NCBI GenBank assembly: GCA_965203855.1
Contig: CBDBDN010000009.1
Span: 180,208-244,207 of the forward strand
Source of the DNA: Dehalococcoidia bacterium
Lineage (GTDB): Bacteria; Chloroflexota; Dehalococcoidia; Lucifugimonadales; UBA3495
Reading direction: 5' to 3'
DNA: 64,000 bases
Part shown: piece by piece, positions 44,665 to 54,900 of the stretch
Layout: each line of letters opens with the position of its first letter
Position numbering within the stretch: the stretch's first letter is position 1
Notes under the pieces: generated by a model
Databases searched by the model: none
Told to the model about the DNA's origin: nothing
Seen by the model: the letters and a program-made list of their open reading frames with translations, nothing else
Translations under genes and position numbers: made by a program

Positions 44665-45513
44665 ATGATTATGTCCGTTGGCACTTCCATACCTTTGCCG
44701 GCCTACACCCTTGACCCGGCGTTTATGGCGCGGACTGCCGAATCCCTGGGCTTTGAGTCCATCTGGTATGCCGAACATCCGGTGCTGCCGGTGCAGAGCG
44801 CCAGCCAGTTTCCGTCCGGCGGCGACATACCGTGGACCTACGCCCATTTCACCGATCCGTATATCGCCTTGGCCCGCGCCTCGGCGGTAACTTCAACCAT
44901 CAAACTTGGCACGGGGATTACCTTGGTGCCGGAACGCAACCCGCTGCTGCTGGCCAAAGAAATTGCCACGCTGGACCGGATCAGCGGCGGGCGTTTTCTG
45001 TTCGGCATCGGGGCCGGCTGGAATCGGGAGGAAACCGAGATTTTCGGCGGCGACTTCGACCATCGCTGGACGCAAACCCGCGAAGCGGTGGCCGTGATGA
45101 AGGAGCTGTGGACGCAGGACGAAGCCGAATATCATGGCCGCTACTACGACTTTCCGCCGGTAATGTGCTACCCCAAGCCGATCCAGCAGCCGCATCCGCC
45201 GGTCATTCTGGGGGGCTTGGCGCGGCGGGTGCTGCAACGCGTTGCGGCCTGGGGCGACGGCTGGTTGCCCAACCGGATTACGCCTGCGGAAGTTGAGGAC
45301 AGCCGCAAAAAGCTGGACGAACTCGCCGCGGAGCGAGGCCGCGATCCCCGGTCGCTCACTATCTCCGTGTACGGGCAGCCCCCGGATGGGCAGCTGGTGC
45401 AGGATTTGCTCAACGCCGGGGCTGACCGGGTGGTAGTGCGTCCCGAACATTGCGAAACCGAAGCGGAAATGTCGGCCCAGCTGGAACGCATCGCCGAAAA
45501 GGTACTGCGCTAG
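44665..45513 (+). CDS. luciferase-like monooxygenase (LLM) class, probably F420-dependent oxidoreductase
   Basis: GFESIWYAEHP, ISGGRFLFGIGAGW and length about 280 aa are typical of LLM F420-dependent enzymes. Confidence 0.75.
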   Translation: MIMSVGTSIPLPAYTLDPAFMARTAESLGFESIWYAEHPVLPVQSASQFPSGGDIPWTYAHFTDPYIALARASAVTSTIKLGTGITLVPERNPLLLAKEIATLDRISGGRFLFGIGAGWNREETEIFGGDFDHRWTQTREAVAVMKELWTQDEAEYHGRYYDFPPVMCYPKPIQQPHPPVILGGLARRVLQRVAAWGDGWLPNRITPAEVEDSRKKLDELAAERGRDPRSLTISVYGQPPDGQLVQDLLNAGADRVVVRPEHCETEAEMSAQLERIAEKVLR

Positions 45514-45628
45514 ACGCGCCGGCGTTTATCCCGGTGTACAATATCGCCCGTTGTACAATGTTGCAATCCGCTTTACTCCCGACTCTGATTTTCGTTCCCG
45601 CCTGCGCCGGATGAGAGGCTACGCCGCT

Positions 45629-46981
45629 ATGGATCGCACTACCGAACTGATCAGCTCTTATGCCTGCAACCTTGCCTATGACGACCTGCCGTCGGCGGTG
45701 GTGCATCAGGTGAAACGCACGATGGCCGACACTCTCGGCTGCGCTGTCGGCGGCTATCTCAGCGAGCCCGCCAAAATCGCGCGCCGCCTGGCCGGCGACG
45801 TCAGCAGCGGCGCCCCGGCCCGCATCCTGGGCACTGCCGACCGTTCAGCTTTGGATATGGCCGGCTTTGCCAACGGCGTGATGGTGCGCTATCTGGACTG
45901 CAACGACTCTTACTTTTCGCCCGGCGGGGGCCATCCCAGCGATATGATTCCCGCGGCCTTGGCGGTTGCGGACAGCGTGAACGCCGACGGGCGCACCGTC
46001 ATTACGGCCGTTGCGCTGGCCTACGAAGTATTTTGCCGCATTGCGGACCAGGTGCCGGACAACCGATGGGATCAAGGCATCCTCAGCGTCATCGGCGCCG
46101 CCTGCGCCGCCGGCAAAGTTCTGGGACTGGACGAGGAACAGATGGGGCACGCCATCTCCTTGGCCGCCGTTCCCAATGTGCCGCTGCGGGTAACCCGGAT
46201 GGGCGAACTTTCGATGTGGAAGGGATGCGCCGCCGCCGCCGCGACCCGCGCCGGCATCTTTGCGGCGCAGCTGGCGGCTGAGGGCATGACCGGCCCCAAC
46301 GAACCCTTTGAGGGCCGCAAAGGGCTGTGGGAACAGGCCATCGGCTACCCCATCGCACTGGACGCGATGGGCGGCGGCGATACCCCGTTCCGCATCCTGG
46401 AAACCATTTTCAAGTTCTACCCGTCTCAAATCCATACCCAAGCGCCCATCGATCTGGCTATTCAGTTGAGCAAACGGGTCAGCGTGGACAACATCGCGGC
46501 GATCCGCATCCAGTCCTACAAGTCGGCGGTCAGCAGCGCGTCCACCGAGCCGGAAAAGTGGGATCCGCAGACGCGGGAGACTGCCGACCACAGCATTCCG
46601 TTTCTTACTGCGGCGGGCTTGCGCGACGGCGCCGTAACGCCGGCTACTTTCGCCGCCGACCGCATTGCGGAGCCGGAGCTGCGGACTATTATCAACAAGA
46701 TGCAGATTGAGGAGAACGCCGATTTCACGGCACGCTATCCGGCGGAGTACAACTGCCGCATTGAGGTCATCAAGCCTAACGGCCAAACGGAAGTGGCTGC
46801 CACCAGCTTTCCCAAAGGACACGGGCAGAACCCCCTCAGCGACGCCGATGTGGACGCCAAGTTCCGCCGTCTGGCCTGCCCTACCATCACCGAGCAGCAG
46901 TGCGAGCAGGCTCTGGAGCTTATCTGGTCGCTGGAGAACTTGCCGAACCTGACCGGCATCTTTGACAGCCTGGTCGTTTAG
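45629..46981 (+). CDS. MmgE/PrpD family protein (2-methylcitrate dehydratase-like)
   Basis: Start at ATG 45629 (MDRTTELISSYACNLAYDDLP), the characteristic family N-terminus. Length 450 aa. Confidence 0.8.
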   Translation: MDRTTELISSYACNLAYDDLPSAVVHQVKRTMADTLGCAVGGYLSEPAKIARRLAGDVSSGAPARILGTADRSALDMAGFANGVMVRYLDCNDSYFSPGGGHPSDMIPAALAVADSVNADGRTVITAVALAYEVFCRIADQVPDNRWDQGILSVIGAACAAGKVLGLDEEQMGHAISLAAVPNVPLRVTRMGELSMWKGCAAAAATRAGIFAAQLAAEGMTGPNEPFEGRKGLWEQAIGYPIALDAMGGGDTPFRILETIFKFYPSQIHTQAPIDLAIQLSKRVSVDNIAAIRIQSYKSAVSSASTEPEKWDPQTRETADHSIPFLTAAGLRDGAVTPATFAADRIAEPELRTIINKMQIEENADFTARYPAEYNCRIEVIKPNGQTEVAATSFPKGHGQNPLSDADVDAKFRRLACPTITEQQCEQALELIWSLENLPNLTGIFDSLVV

Positions 46982-47062
46982 ACTGGAGCATCTCAACTTG
47001 ATAAATCCGAAATGCCCGCCGGTGCGTATTATGGATAATCCGGCGCAACTCGCCGCAGAGCT

Positions 47063-47668
47063 GTGATTTCAGAACCGCAATTTGTGGAGCAGGCCGTGAT
47101 CGACCGCAGCAACACCGAAGACGCGCAGTGCATCCTGGACATTGGGGCCGGCGACGAGCGCGCGCTGGAAGCCATCTATGACCGCTACGCCCAACGCATC
47201 TATTCGTTGGCGGTATCTATTCTCAACGACCCGGCCGTGGCCGATGACGCCGTGCAGGAAGTATTTACGAATATCTGGCTCAAAGCAGGCAGCTATCGCC
47301 CCGAAATGTCCGCTCCCGGCACCTGGATTATGTCGGTGGCGCATCACAAGGTGGTTGACTATTTCCGCTCCCGCCGCCGCGCCGCCGCGCACACTGCGCC
47401 ATCCGATGAGGACGCGCTGCTCCGCATCCCCAGCCCGTCGCTCAGTGTTGAGCAGGAGGTGGAGCGCAGTTTTGAGGCGCGGATGGTGCGCGCGGCGTTG
47501 GCGGAGCTGCCGCTCGAGCAAAGCCGTCCGCTTTACCTGTCAGCCTGGCATGGATATACCCAATCCGAAATTGCCGCCCTGCTGAACATCCCCTTGGGAA
47601 CGGTAAAAACCCGGATGCGCCTCGGGATGCAGAAGCTCAGGACGGCGTTGGAACATTATGTGGCCTGA
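47063..47668 (+). CDS. ECF-type RNA polymerase sigma-70 family factor
   Basis: Region 2 (DAVQEVFTNIW) and region 4 HTH (GYTQSEIAALLNIPLGTVKTRM). Confidence 0.85.
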   Translation: MISEPQFVEQAVIDRSNTEDAQCILDIGAGDERALEAIYDRYAQRIYSLAVSILNDPAVADDAVQEVFTNIWLKAGSYRPEMSAPGTWIMSVAHHKVVDYFRSRRRAAAHTAPSDEDALLRIPSPSLSVEQEVERSFEARMVRAALAELPLEQSRPLYLSAWHGYTQSEIAALLNIPLGTVKTRMRLGMQKLRTALEHYVA

Positions 47669-48713
47669 CGATTTCGCTCTACCCAATTCGGAGCCGGAGC
47701 ACCCGGAAACCGACCTGGCCGCTTTCGCGCTGAACGCGCTGGACGGCCCCGAACACCGGGCCGTTGCGCGGCACGTGGCGCAGTGTCTGCACTGCCAGGA
47801 AGTGCTGCTCGGTTTCCAGGGGATGGCCGCCCGACTGGTGGGCAGCGTCCCGGAAACTCCGCTGCCGCCGGGATTGAAAGCGCGCGTGCTGTCCGCCGTA
47901 GGGCGTCCGTATGACTCTCCGTCGGAACGGGAGACGCCGGCTGCCGCACTGCCGCCGCCGGATCGCCGTTGGACAACAGGCCGGCTGCGTCGCTGGCTGG
48001 CGCCGTCCGCCATTGGGGCGTTGAGCCTGCTGCTGGCGGCCTCTGCCGGGTTTATCGTGATGCAACAGCGTGAAATCAACCGGCTGGCGACGCCGGCAGA
48101 GGTACTTATTGCTATTCCGGAGGCAACGGCCGTCGGATCTACTGCTTCGGCCAACCCGGAGCGCGCCTCTGCCGCCTCTGATGCTGCTGTATCCCCTGCA
48201 TTTGCGCCGGCGGTCGTTGTGGGTGAGCAGCTGCTTGCCGCTCAAAACCAGGATGCCGCTGCGCTGCTGCCGAATGCCGCCAACGCCGAGCAAGTGAACC
48301 TGGTAAGGCGGGAAATGGCTGATGTGGTTGAGGCCACGGTGATGTCGGCCCAGCCCGAAACCGAAAAGCTGGCGATGTTTTCGCCGATGGGCACCGAGCC
48401 GGAGGCCAAAGGCGTGCTGATGGTTGACCCCGGCGGGCGCCAGGGCGTGCTGATGGTGTCGGGTATGCCGGCGGATTCCTACCAGATTTGGCTGGCGCGC
48501 GCCGACAAGCAGATGCTGGTAGGGCGCATTGTGGTAAATGTCGACGATGACGGCAACGGGGTACAACGGCTGGAGCTGGATGAATCGGTCTTTGACTTCC
48601 GACAGGTAGCGCTATTGCCTGACGAGCGGAACGGGCCGACGGTTCCCAACGGCGAAAAGTTTCTGACGGCGCGTATAATTGCCGGCCCGCCGCTGCCGTC
48701 GCTGAGCCGATAG
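47658..48713 (+). CDS. anti-sigma factor (zf-HC2 N-terminus, one TM helix, RskA-like C-terminal domain)
   Basis: HVAQCLHCQ zinc motif, TM segment LAPSAIGALSLLLAASAGFIV, C-terminal YQIWLARADKQ pattern. Overlaps the sigma gene by 11 nt. Confidence 0.75.
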   Translation: MWPDDFALPNSEPEHPETDLAAFALNALDGPEHRAVARHVAQCLHCQEVLLGFQGMAARLVGSVPETPLPPGLKARVLSAVGRPYDSPSERETPAAALPPPDRRWTTGRLRRWLAPSAIGALSLLLAASAGFIVMQQREINRLATPAEVLIAIPEATAVGSTASANPERASAASDAAVSPAFAPAVVVGEQLLAAQNQDAAALLPNAANAEQVNLVRREMADVVEATVMSAQPETEKLAMFSPMGTEPEAKGVLMVDPGGRQGVLMVSGMPADSYQIWLARADKQMLVGRIVVNVDDDGNGVQRLELDESVFDFRQVALLPDERNGPTVPNGEKFLTARIIAGPPLPSLSR

Positions 48714-48784
48714 ACTTGGCACGACTCCGCACAAAGGCCAATTCGGGGAAATTCAATCCGGCGGCAAACCTGCCAACGGAGCCA

Positions 48785-48940
48785 ATGATGACTACGCAGC
48801 CTATTGCCGGCAAACCGACGCCGCATCCGCGCCGGCCGGATGGGCTGGATTGCGAAATCTGCGGCGCGCGGATGTACGAGCGCAGCTGCAAAATCATCTG
48901 CCCTAACTGCGGCTACACCCGCGACTGCTCCGACCCCTAA
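48785..48940 (+). CDS. small zinc-ribbon protein (51 aa)
   Basis: CEICG...CPNCG, two CxxC pairs. GGAG lies upstream of ATG 48785. Confidence 0.45.
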   Translation: MMTTQPIAGKPTPHPRRPDGLDCEICGARMYERSCKIICPNCGYTRDCSDP

Positions 48941-48958
48941 TTTCGCCCCCACTCAACC

Positions 48959-49118
48959 GTCATTCCGGCGTAAGCCGGAATCCAGGGTTGACGGTTTCCA
49001 TTACCGTCTTGGCGAATTGCGGCTCTGGATTCCGGCTTGCGCCGGAATGACGGGTAATAGGATTCGGAATGGCGGGTAGCAGGATTTGGGATGACGGGTA
49101 GCAGGATTCGGAATGAAG
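48959..49118. repeat. REP-like palindromic elements plus three 22-23-bp tandem units
   Basis: Hairpins ATTCCGGC-GTAA-GCCGGAAT (48962-48981) and ATTCCGGC-TTGC-GCCGGAAT (49029-49048). GAATGNCGGGTANNAGGATTNGG-type units at 49045-49115. Confidence 0.8.
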
Positions 49119-49138
49119 GCGAATATGGCTACCCGCCC

Positions 49139-50566
49139 CTAAAACGGCCACCAATCCGGCGCATCTCGCAGCGGCAGATGACGGAACAGCTCCGGCTGCG
49201 CCGCTACCGCCAGCCGCATCGCCTCAACGACCGGCGCCCGGATGGATTCGTGGGCTTGGCGGGAGGTTCGCAGCTGGAAAAGGTGGCAGCATTCCCGCAG
49301 GTTGATTTGCGCCAGAACCTGCTGGCGGTGCGCGTGGGTAACCATGTACTGCGCTACTGCGGGGGATACCCTTAAGATACCGATAAAGGCCCTTTCCGCT
49401 TGCTTTATGCCGGCCTCAAACGCATCGGACAGCCCGGCCTGCCCTAGTAGCGGCGGCACATCATACCCGTTGCAAATGGTCAGCGGCTGCGACAGATAGG
49501 TCTGCATCCGATGCCGCCGAAACTCCCGCAATGCCCCATAGTCAAACACGAACTCAAAGGTGTAGCGGGCCAGCTCAAACTCGCGGGGCGCCGGGTTGTG
49601 CGGCCCGATGCCTTGAACGGCGGCGTGAATAATCGCTATCCGTTCTGGTTCGGACATTGCGGCAACGCGGGCGACGGCGTCGCTATATCCGCAGTTGCCG
49701 TTGCGAAACAGCAAGGCGGCGGCCAGGCGGCGCGGAGCGTCTTGGTCATAGTCCAGCAGCGATACCGTTGCAGTGCCGGCCGCGCTGCCTGCGGAATCAG
49801 CATCGCCGGGGGCAACGGAGTCGGCATCAGCGTCAAAAGGCGTAACCCGGCGTCGCTGTGCCAGATAAAGGTTGTAGTCGGCGTATTTCACCAGCGTGGG
49901 CGCAATTTGGCGCCCCTGTTCCCGCAACTCCAAGCCAATATCCTGTTCCTCTACCAATTCCGACGACATTAGCTTGCTGACTGCGTGCTCCAAAGCGCGG
50001 GCGTTGGCGGTAAGGCCGACGTTGGTCAGCGTGGCCGCGGAGAGGATGGCGCGGCAGGCGTCGGTAGCAAGACGCCGCAACCGCAGCCGATATTGGCCGT
50101 CGGTTTCCCGTTCCCGCTGCGGCCGGGTACGGCGCAGGTAGTCAAGCGTGCTATCTAGCAACCGCTGATAGACGGCAAACAATTCCTGGCCGGCCGCCGC
50201 ATACTGCGCGCGCGCCGCCGGATGTTCGTCCAGCTCCTGGGGGATGTGGAAACTGCCGGCGTCAATTATCTGGTAGCGGGACGATTTTTCGGTGTAAGAC
50301 GCCAGCCGGTTGTCCTCCAGCGCGTCGGCAGCCAGCCGGGAGATGTTTTCCACCGCCAGATGGATGATAGCGTGTTCGGCGACCGACGAATGGCCGTAGC
50401 CGACAACCCAGCGCTCATTGAAATCGGCGGCCTGCTGCGCGCTGACCTGCTCGGCGATTTCGTCAAACGGCTCCGGACTGCGGGAGGTCATCGCAAAGGT
50501 TACGGCGATCTGCTCCTCGCTCAAATCGCGCGGCGAAAGGGGGTAGATGCGGCGGCGGTTGGACAT
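49139..50566 (-). CDS. thyX: FAD-dependent thymidylate synthase ThyX, tandem-domain form
   Basis: The C-terminal half has the ThyX motif RRHRMQTYLSQ. The N-terminal half is ThyX-like (YGHSSVAEHAIIHL...NRLASYTEKSSRYQ) but lacks RHR. Confidence 0.75.
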   Translation of the reverse strand: MSNRRRIYPLSPRDLSEEQIAVTFAMTSRSPEPFDEIAEQVSAQQAADFNERWVVGYGHSSVAEHAIIHLAVENISRLAADALEDNRLASYTEKSSRYQIIDAGSFHIPQELDEHPAARAQYAAAGQELFAVYQRLLDSTLDYLRRTRPQRERETDGQYRLRLRRLATDACRAILSAATLTNVGLTANARALEHAVSKLMSSELVEEQDIGLELREQGRQIAPTLVKYADYNLYLAQRRRVTPFDADADSVAPGDADSAGSAAGTATVSLLDYDQDAPRRLAAALLFRNGNCGYSDAVARVAAMSEPERIAIIHAAVQGIGPHNPAPREFELARYTFEFVFDYGALREFRRHRMQTYLSQPLTICNGYDVPPLLGQAGLSDAFEAGIKQAERAFIGILRVSPAVAQYMVTHAHRQQVLAQINLRECCHLFQLRTSRQAHESIRAPVVEAMRLAVAAQPELFRHLPLRDAPDWWPF

Positions 50567-50588
50567 CGGAGGAAAGAGGGCCGGAGTA

Positions 50589-51377
50589 TCAACTGCCGTT
50601 TGGCCGGCAGACCAGAACTGCCCAGTGATGAACGAATTTGACGCGTCCGTCCTCTTGGAACGCCCGCATACCGGTGGGGGCGCCGCCGGCCAGTTCCGAC
50701 TCTAGCGCCGCCCGTACCTCTTGCCGCACGGCATCCGGGGCCGCCGTCAGCTCCATCCATTCCTCTAAATCGCGCGGGGCGTCCAGTTCGGCGGTATGCG
50801 ATACGCGCAATCCGCAGCGCGCCGCCAGAGCTGCCAACCCTGATACGGATAGCGCCGTGGTGTGCGACGGATCGCGCAACCGTTCCAGGCGGTTGTGCGT
50901 AGCCGCCAGTTCAGTGTCATCCGACGCCGTTATGTCAACGATGGCGACCCGGCCGCTTGGCTTGCAGACCCGGCGCATTTCGTTTAGCTCTACTTCCGGA
51001 TTGGCGAAGTGATGGACGGCGATGCGGCTGATTACCAGGTCAAACTGCCCGTCGGCGTAGGGCAAGGCGGCGGCATCGCCGTCGTCAAAAGCGATGTTGG
51101 CGATGCCGGCGTCGGCCGAGATTTGCCGCGCCTGGGCCAGCATCTCCGGCGTAACATCAATCCCGGTAACATGGGCGACATTAGGGGCCAGGTCGCGCGC
51201 CATAATTCCGGTGCCGGTGGCGACATCCAGCGCCGATTCCGTGCCGGCCAAGCCCAGGTTGTCCAGTATCCAGGCCGGCACATCCCGATATTCACCAACC
51301 TGCTGCTCAAACTGCGCCGACTGGATGCGAAACTGCTCGCGGATGACTTCGGTATGCTGGCTGCGGTCTGCGTTCAT
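50589..51377 (-). CDS. class I SAM-dependent methyltransferase
   Basis: Motif I LDVATGTGIMA and the DLVISRIAVHHF post-I/II pattern (type 11 methyltransferase). Confidence 0.8.
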   Translation of the reverse strand: MNADRSQHTEVIREQFRIQSAQFEQQVGEYRDVPAWILDNLGLAGTESALDVATGTGIMARDLAPNVAHVTGIDVTPEMLAQARQISADAGIANIAFDDGDAAALPYADGQFDLVISRIAVHHFANPEVELNEMRRVCKPSGRVAIVDITASDDTELAATHNRLERLRDPSHTTALSVSGLAALAARCGLRVSHTAELDAPRDLEEWMELTAAPDAVRQEVRAALESELAGGAPTGMRAFQEDGRVKFVHHWAVLVCRPNGS

Positions 51378-51431
51378 CTTTCCTCCATCAACACGCGTCG
51401 GGCCGTACTCATCAGGCTATATCCGGCGGGG

Positions 51432-53072
51432 TTAGTTGCGGCAGAAAGCGGGGAAGCCGTCAGGCATCACCACCTCAATCAGGTGGATGCGGTCGGCGGC
51501 TACGGCATCCTGCACGGCCTGGGTCATTTCGGCAACATTGTGCACGCGCGTGCCGCCGATGCCGTAGGAGTCAAAGAGCTTGATGAAATCGGGGTTCACC
51601 AGGTCGGTAGCCATCTGCCGGCCGCCCCGGCTTTGCTGGTAGCCTTTCAGCACGCCCCAGGCGTTGTCGTTGAACACCATCACAATGGGGTTAATGCCGT
51701 ACTGGACGGCAGTTCCCAGCTCCTGGGCGTTGTACTGAAAGCCGCCGTCGCCGGTTACGCAAATGACCGGGGACTGCGGGCGGCCCACTTTGGCGCCCAT
51801 GGCCGCCGGGAATCCGAAACCCAAGCCGGCCCAGCCGTGCGGGTACATATAGCTGCGGGGGCGGTTCATTGGCAGGCAGCGCACGGCCCGGTTGGCCGGC
51901 ACCGTAGCGTCCAGCGCAAAGATGGTATCGTCGGGTATCACGGAGCGGATGGCTTCCCAGGCGCGCAGTTCCGGCCCCCATTCCTCTTGCAGGCCGGCGT
52001 AAATCTGCTTTTTCAAGGCGGCAACTTCGGTGCGGTAGGCATCGCCGGACGATATGTCCTGATTGCCGGCGGCGTGGAGGAACTGGCGGACTACGGCGCC
52101 GCTGTTGGCGGCAATGCCGACGGCGGTATCGTAGTTCTTGCCGATATAATCCGCATCCAGCAGCGTGTGAATGATGGTTGGCGGCAGCTTGACGCCAACG
52201 CCGGCAGTGGAACGATAGGGCAGATTGCTGCCCAGCACCAAGGCGACATCGCAATCGCCGAGCCAGTCCAGGACGGGATTGTGGCCCCAGATGCGGTTGC
52301 CCAGCGCCATGCCCAGCGACAGGGGATGATTTTCCGGGAATGTACCCTTGGCGCCGTCGCCGGTTACGACGGGGGCGCCGAGGCGTTCCGCCAGGGCGAT
52401 TATGTCGTCTGCGCCGCCGGTGGTGTGGATTTCCTCGCCGAGAAAGATGACGGGGCGTTTGGCGTTGCGGAGCAGCTGCCAGGCCCGTTCTACTTGCGCC
52501 GGGTCGCCTTGAGGAACATCCGGCGCTCGGGGTTGCAGCACTTCGACATCGGCGGATTGGCCGAGCAGATCCGTCGGCACTTCCAGTTCAATGGGGCGGG
52601 GGCGGCGTTCCTGGAAACGGACAAAGGCTTCCACAAAATGGTCGGGGATGGATTCAACCTGCCCGATGCGCGCGTTCCAGTCGGTAACGGCGGCGAACAT
52701 TCCGAGCTGGTCTTTGGTTTCGTGGGTAGCCATTTTGCCGCTGCCGACGAACTCCGCTTCGACGTTGGTGGTAACCTGCAAGATGGACGATGCGGAGAAG
52801 TAGGCTTCGCCCATGGCGCCTACGGAGTCGGCGGCGCCCGGCCCGGTGCTGGTAAGCAGGACGCCGGGCTTGCCGGTAGCGCGGGAGTAGCCGTCGGCCA
52901 TATAGCCGCAGCCCAATTCCAGCCGCCCGCCGACGAAACGGACATCGTCCTGGCGGTCAAACAGGGCGTCAAAGAGGTCAAGGGTATGCACGGAGATGAT
53001 GCCGAAAACGGTATCAACGCCCTGCGCGTGCAAAGATGCGACCACAGCCTGGCCGCCGGTCATTTGGGGCAT
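51432..53072 (-). CDS. thiamine-diphosphate-dependent enzyme (acetolactate synthase-like)
   Basis: GVDTVFGI... N-terminal PYR domain and GDGGFQYNAQELGTA...NDNAWG TPP motif. Confidence 0.85.
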   Translation of the reverse strand: MPQMTGGQAVVASLHAQGVDTVFGIISVHTLDLFDALFDRQDDVRFVGGRLELGCGYMADGYSRATGKPGVLLTSTGPGAADSVGAMGEAYFSASSILQVTTNVEAEFVGSGKMATHETKDQLGMFAAVTDWNARIGQVESIPDHFVEAFVRFQERRPRPIELEVPTDLLGQSADVEVLQPRAPDVPQGDPAQVERAWQLLRNAKRPVIFLGEEIHTTGGADDIIALAERLGAPVVTGDGAKGTFPENHPLSLGMALGNRIWGHNPVLDWLGDCDVALVLGSNLPYRSTAGVGVKLPPTIIHTLLDADYIGKNYDTAVGIAANSGAVVRQFLHAAGNQDISSGDAYRTEVAALKKQIYAGLQEEWGPELRAWEAIRSVIPDDTIFALDATVPANRAVRCLPMNRPRSYMYPHGWAGLGFGFPAAMGAKVGRPQSPVICVTGDGGFQYNAQELGTAVQYGINPIVMVFNDNAWGVLKGYQQSRGGRQMATDLVNPDFIKLFDSYGIGGTRVHNVAEMTQAVQDAVAADRIHLIEVVMPDGFPAFCRN

Positions 53073-53102
53073 TTTAAGCCTCCTATAATCAAAGTTTATT
53101 GG

Positions 53103-53489
53103 CTATTCGCCGCCGGCGGCCCCGTCGGCCCCGCCGTCGCTATCTCCATTGGAGAGTGCGAAAGCGCCGCCGTCCGAACGGTTGCGTCGGCGCATATTCC
53201 GCAGATGCTTTTCAGCATCCTTTGCTAGTTCCAGGTTGCTGGGTGGTTTAAACCAGTTCATTGCCAAGCCCTGTTCCGCTTTGGCTTCCCGATACGTCCG
53301 CATTACCCAATGATAGCTCTCCAAGTAGCCCCGGGTGTACGTCGCAAGTACGGTATCCTGATCGGCGTCCGGCTGCTGTGAATACAAAGCCCGCAGTTGG
53401 GCTTCGCCTTCCCGCTGTCCATACTGATTCGCTTGGGCCATTACTGCCGGCATCAAGAAGAGGTTCCACAGCTGGCGCAACCATTTCAT
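53103..53489 (-). CDS. hypothetical protein (128 aa)
   Basis: ORF with somewhat lower GC. No recognisable motif. Confidence 0.35.
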   Translation of the reverse strand: MKWLRQLWNLFLMPAVMAQANQYGQREGEAQLRALYSQQPDADQDTVLATYTRGYLESYHWVMRTYREAKAEQGLAMNWFKPPSNLELAKDAEKHLRNMRRRNRSDGGAFALSNGDSDGGADGAAGGE

Positions 53490-53560
53490 GGTACGGTATC
53501 CGCAATCAGGATCGTGGCATACGCCGGGGGCAGGGTGGTTATGGCGGGCATTGGGGCATC

Positions 53561-54859
53561 CTATAGCAGGAGGCGGACGGGGTTTTCCAGCGTCTGCTTG
53601 ATTTCCATGAGGAACTGGGCCGCTTCGGCGCCGTCGGCTACGCGGTGGTCGGTGGAGAGGGTGGCTTTCATCATCTGGCCGATGCCGAGCTGCCCGTCGC
53701 GGACTACCGGCTGTTCCTTGACGCTGCCTACGGCCAGGATGGCGGCGTGGGGCGGGTAGATGATGGCGGTAAAGCTTTCCACATCAAACATTCCCATATT
53801 GCTGATGCTGAAAGTGGTGCTGCTGTATTCGTCATTCCGCAGAGCGCCGCTGTTGGCCCGGGCAATCAGGTCTTTGGTAGCGGCGGCGATTTCCAGCAGC
53901 GACTTGCTTTCGCAGCCGCTTACTCCCGGCAGAATCAGCCCGGTTTCCAGCGCAATGGCGATGCCGATGTTCATTGCGTCGTGCAACTCCAAATAGTCGC
54001 CCCGGTAGAAGGAGTTGAACTTGGGATGCTTGGCCAATGCCAAGGCGCACGCCTTGACCATCAAGTCGTTGACGCTGACGCGGTTTGCGGGGTCGGCAGC
54101 GTCATTGACATCCCGCCGCAGGGACATGGCTTTGCCCATATCAATTTCGGCGGTTACATAGAAATGGGGGGCGGCGGATTTGCTGTCGGAGGTAACGCGG
54201 GCGATGGTTTGGCGCATCCGGGTCAACTCAATGCGTCCGTCGGCCGGGGTTGCGGCGGCGGCAGCGTCGGCAACGGGCGGCGGCGGGGCAACTGCCGGCT
54301 CGGGCGCCGGGGCCGGCGTCGTTTCCGGGGCAGCAGCCGGCGGCGGCTCGGCGGGGGGCTGGTAGTTGAGCACATCCTGTTCGACGATGCGGCCGTTGGG
54401 TCCGCTGCCGGAAAGCGATGCCAGGTCAAGGCCGCGTTCCCGGGCCAGACGCCGGGCGATGGGAGATGCCCGCAGGCGGCCATCGTCTGCGGAGGCTGCC
54501 GATGCGGCCGGCGGGGTGGCAGCGGCGGCGGTCGTTGGGGCCGCGGCGGCTGCGGCAACCGCCGGCTCCGGCGCAGCGTTTTCGGCAGCCGCGTCGGTAT
54601 CGGCGTCGGGGACGGCTTCGCCCGGCGCGGTGATAATGGCAATCAGATTGCCGACGGGGACGGCGATGCCTTCATCGGCTACAATCCGGCCCAGCACGCC
54701 GTCGGTGTACGCCTCAAACTCCACCGTGGCCTTGTCGGTTTCAATGTCGGCGATGACTTCGCCGCGGTTCACTGCATCGCCTTCCTGCTTGTGCCAGCGC
54801 ACTACGGTGCCTTCACGCATATCGTAGCCCATCTGCGGCATTACGACGTTGGTTGCCAC
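53561..54859 (-). CDS. 2-oxoacid dehydrogenase E2 (dihydrolipoamide acyltransferase)
   Basis: Lipoyl motif DIETDKATVEFEA, Ala/Pro linkers, E3-binding segment ASPIARRLARERGLDL, catalytic STDHRVADGA. Confidence 0.9.
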   Translation of the reverse strand: MATNVVMPQMGYDMREGTVVRWHKQEGDAVNRGEVIADIETDKATVEFEAYTDGVLGRIVADEGIAVPVGNLIAIITAPGEAVPDADTDAAAENAAPEPAVAAAAAAPTTAAAATPPAASAASADDGRLRASPIARRLARERGLDLASLSGSGPNGRIVEQDVLNYQPPAEPPPAAAPETTPAPAPEPAVAPPPPVADAAAAATPADGRIELTRMRQTIARVTSDSKSAAPHFYVTAEIDMGKAMSLRRDVNDAADPANRVSVNDLMVKACALALAKHPKFNSFYRGDYLELHDAMNIGIAIALETGLILPGVSGCESKSLLEIAAATKDLIARANSGALRNDEYSSTTFSISNMGMFDVESFTAIIYPPHAAILAVGSVKEQPVVRDGQLGIGQMMKATLSTDHRVADGAEAAQFLMEIKQTLENPVRLLL

Positions 54860-54900
54860 AATATCCTCCTTGTCAGACCTTTGCGCCGACGGGTTGAGCG

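Noticed and set aside
48804-49079. ORFs translating through the REP-like elements (peptides containing SFRRKPESR or WIPACAGMTG), also at 60667-60882.
   Set aside because: These are classic spurious translations of palindromic repeat DNA. The same peptide arises wherever the hairpin occurs, independent of context.
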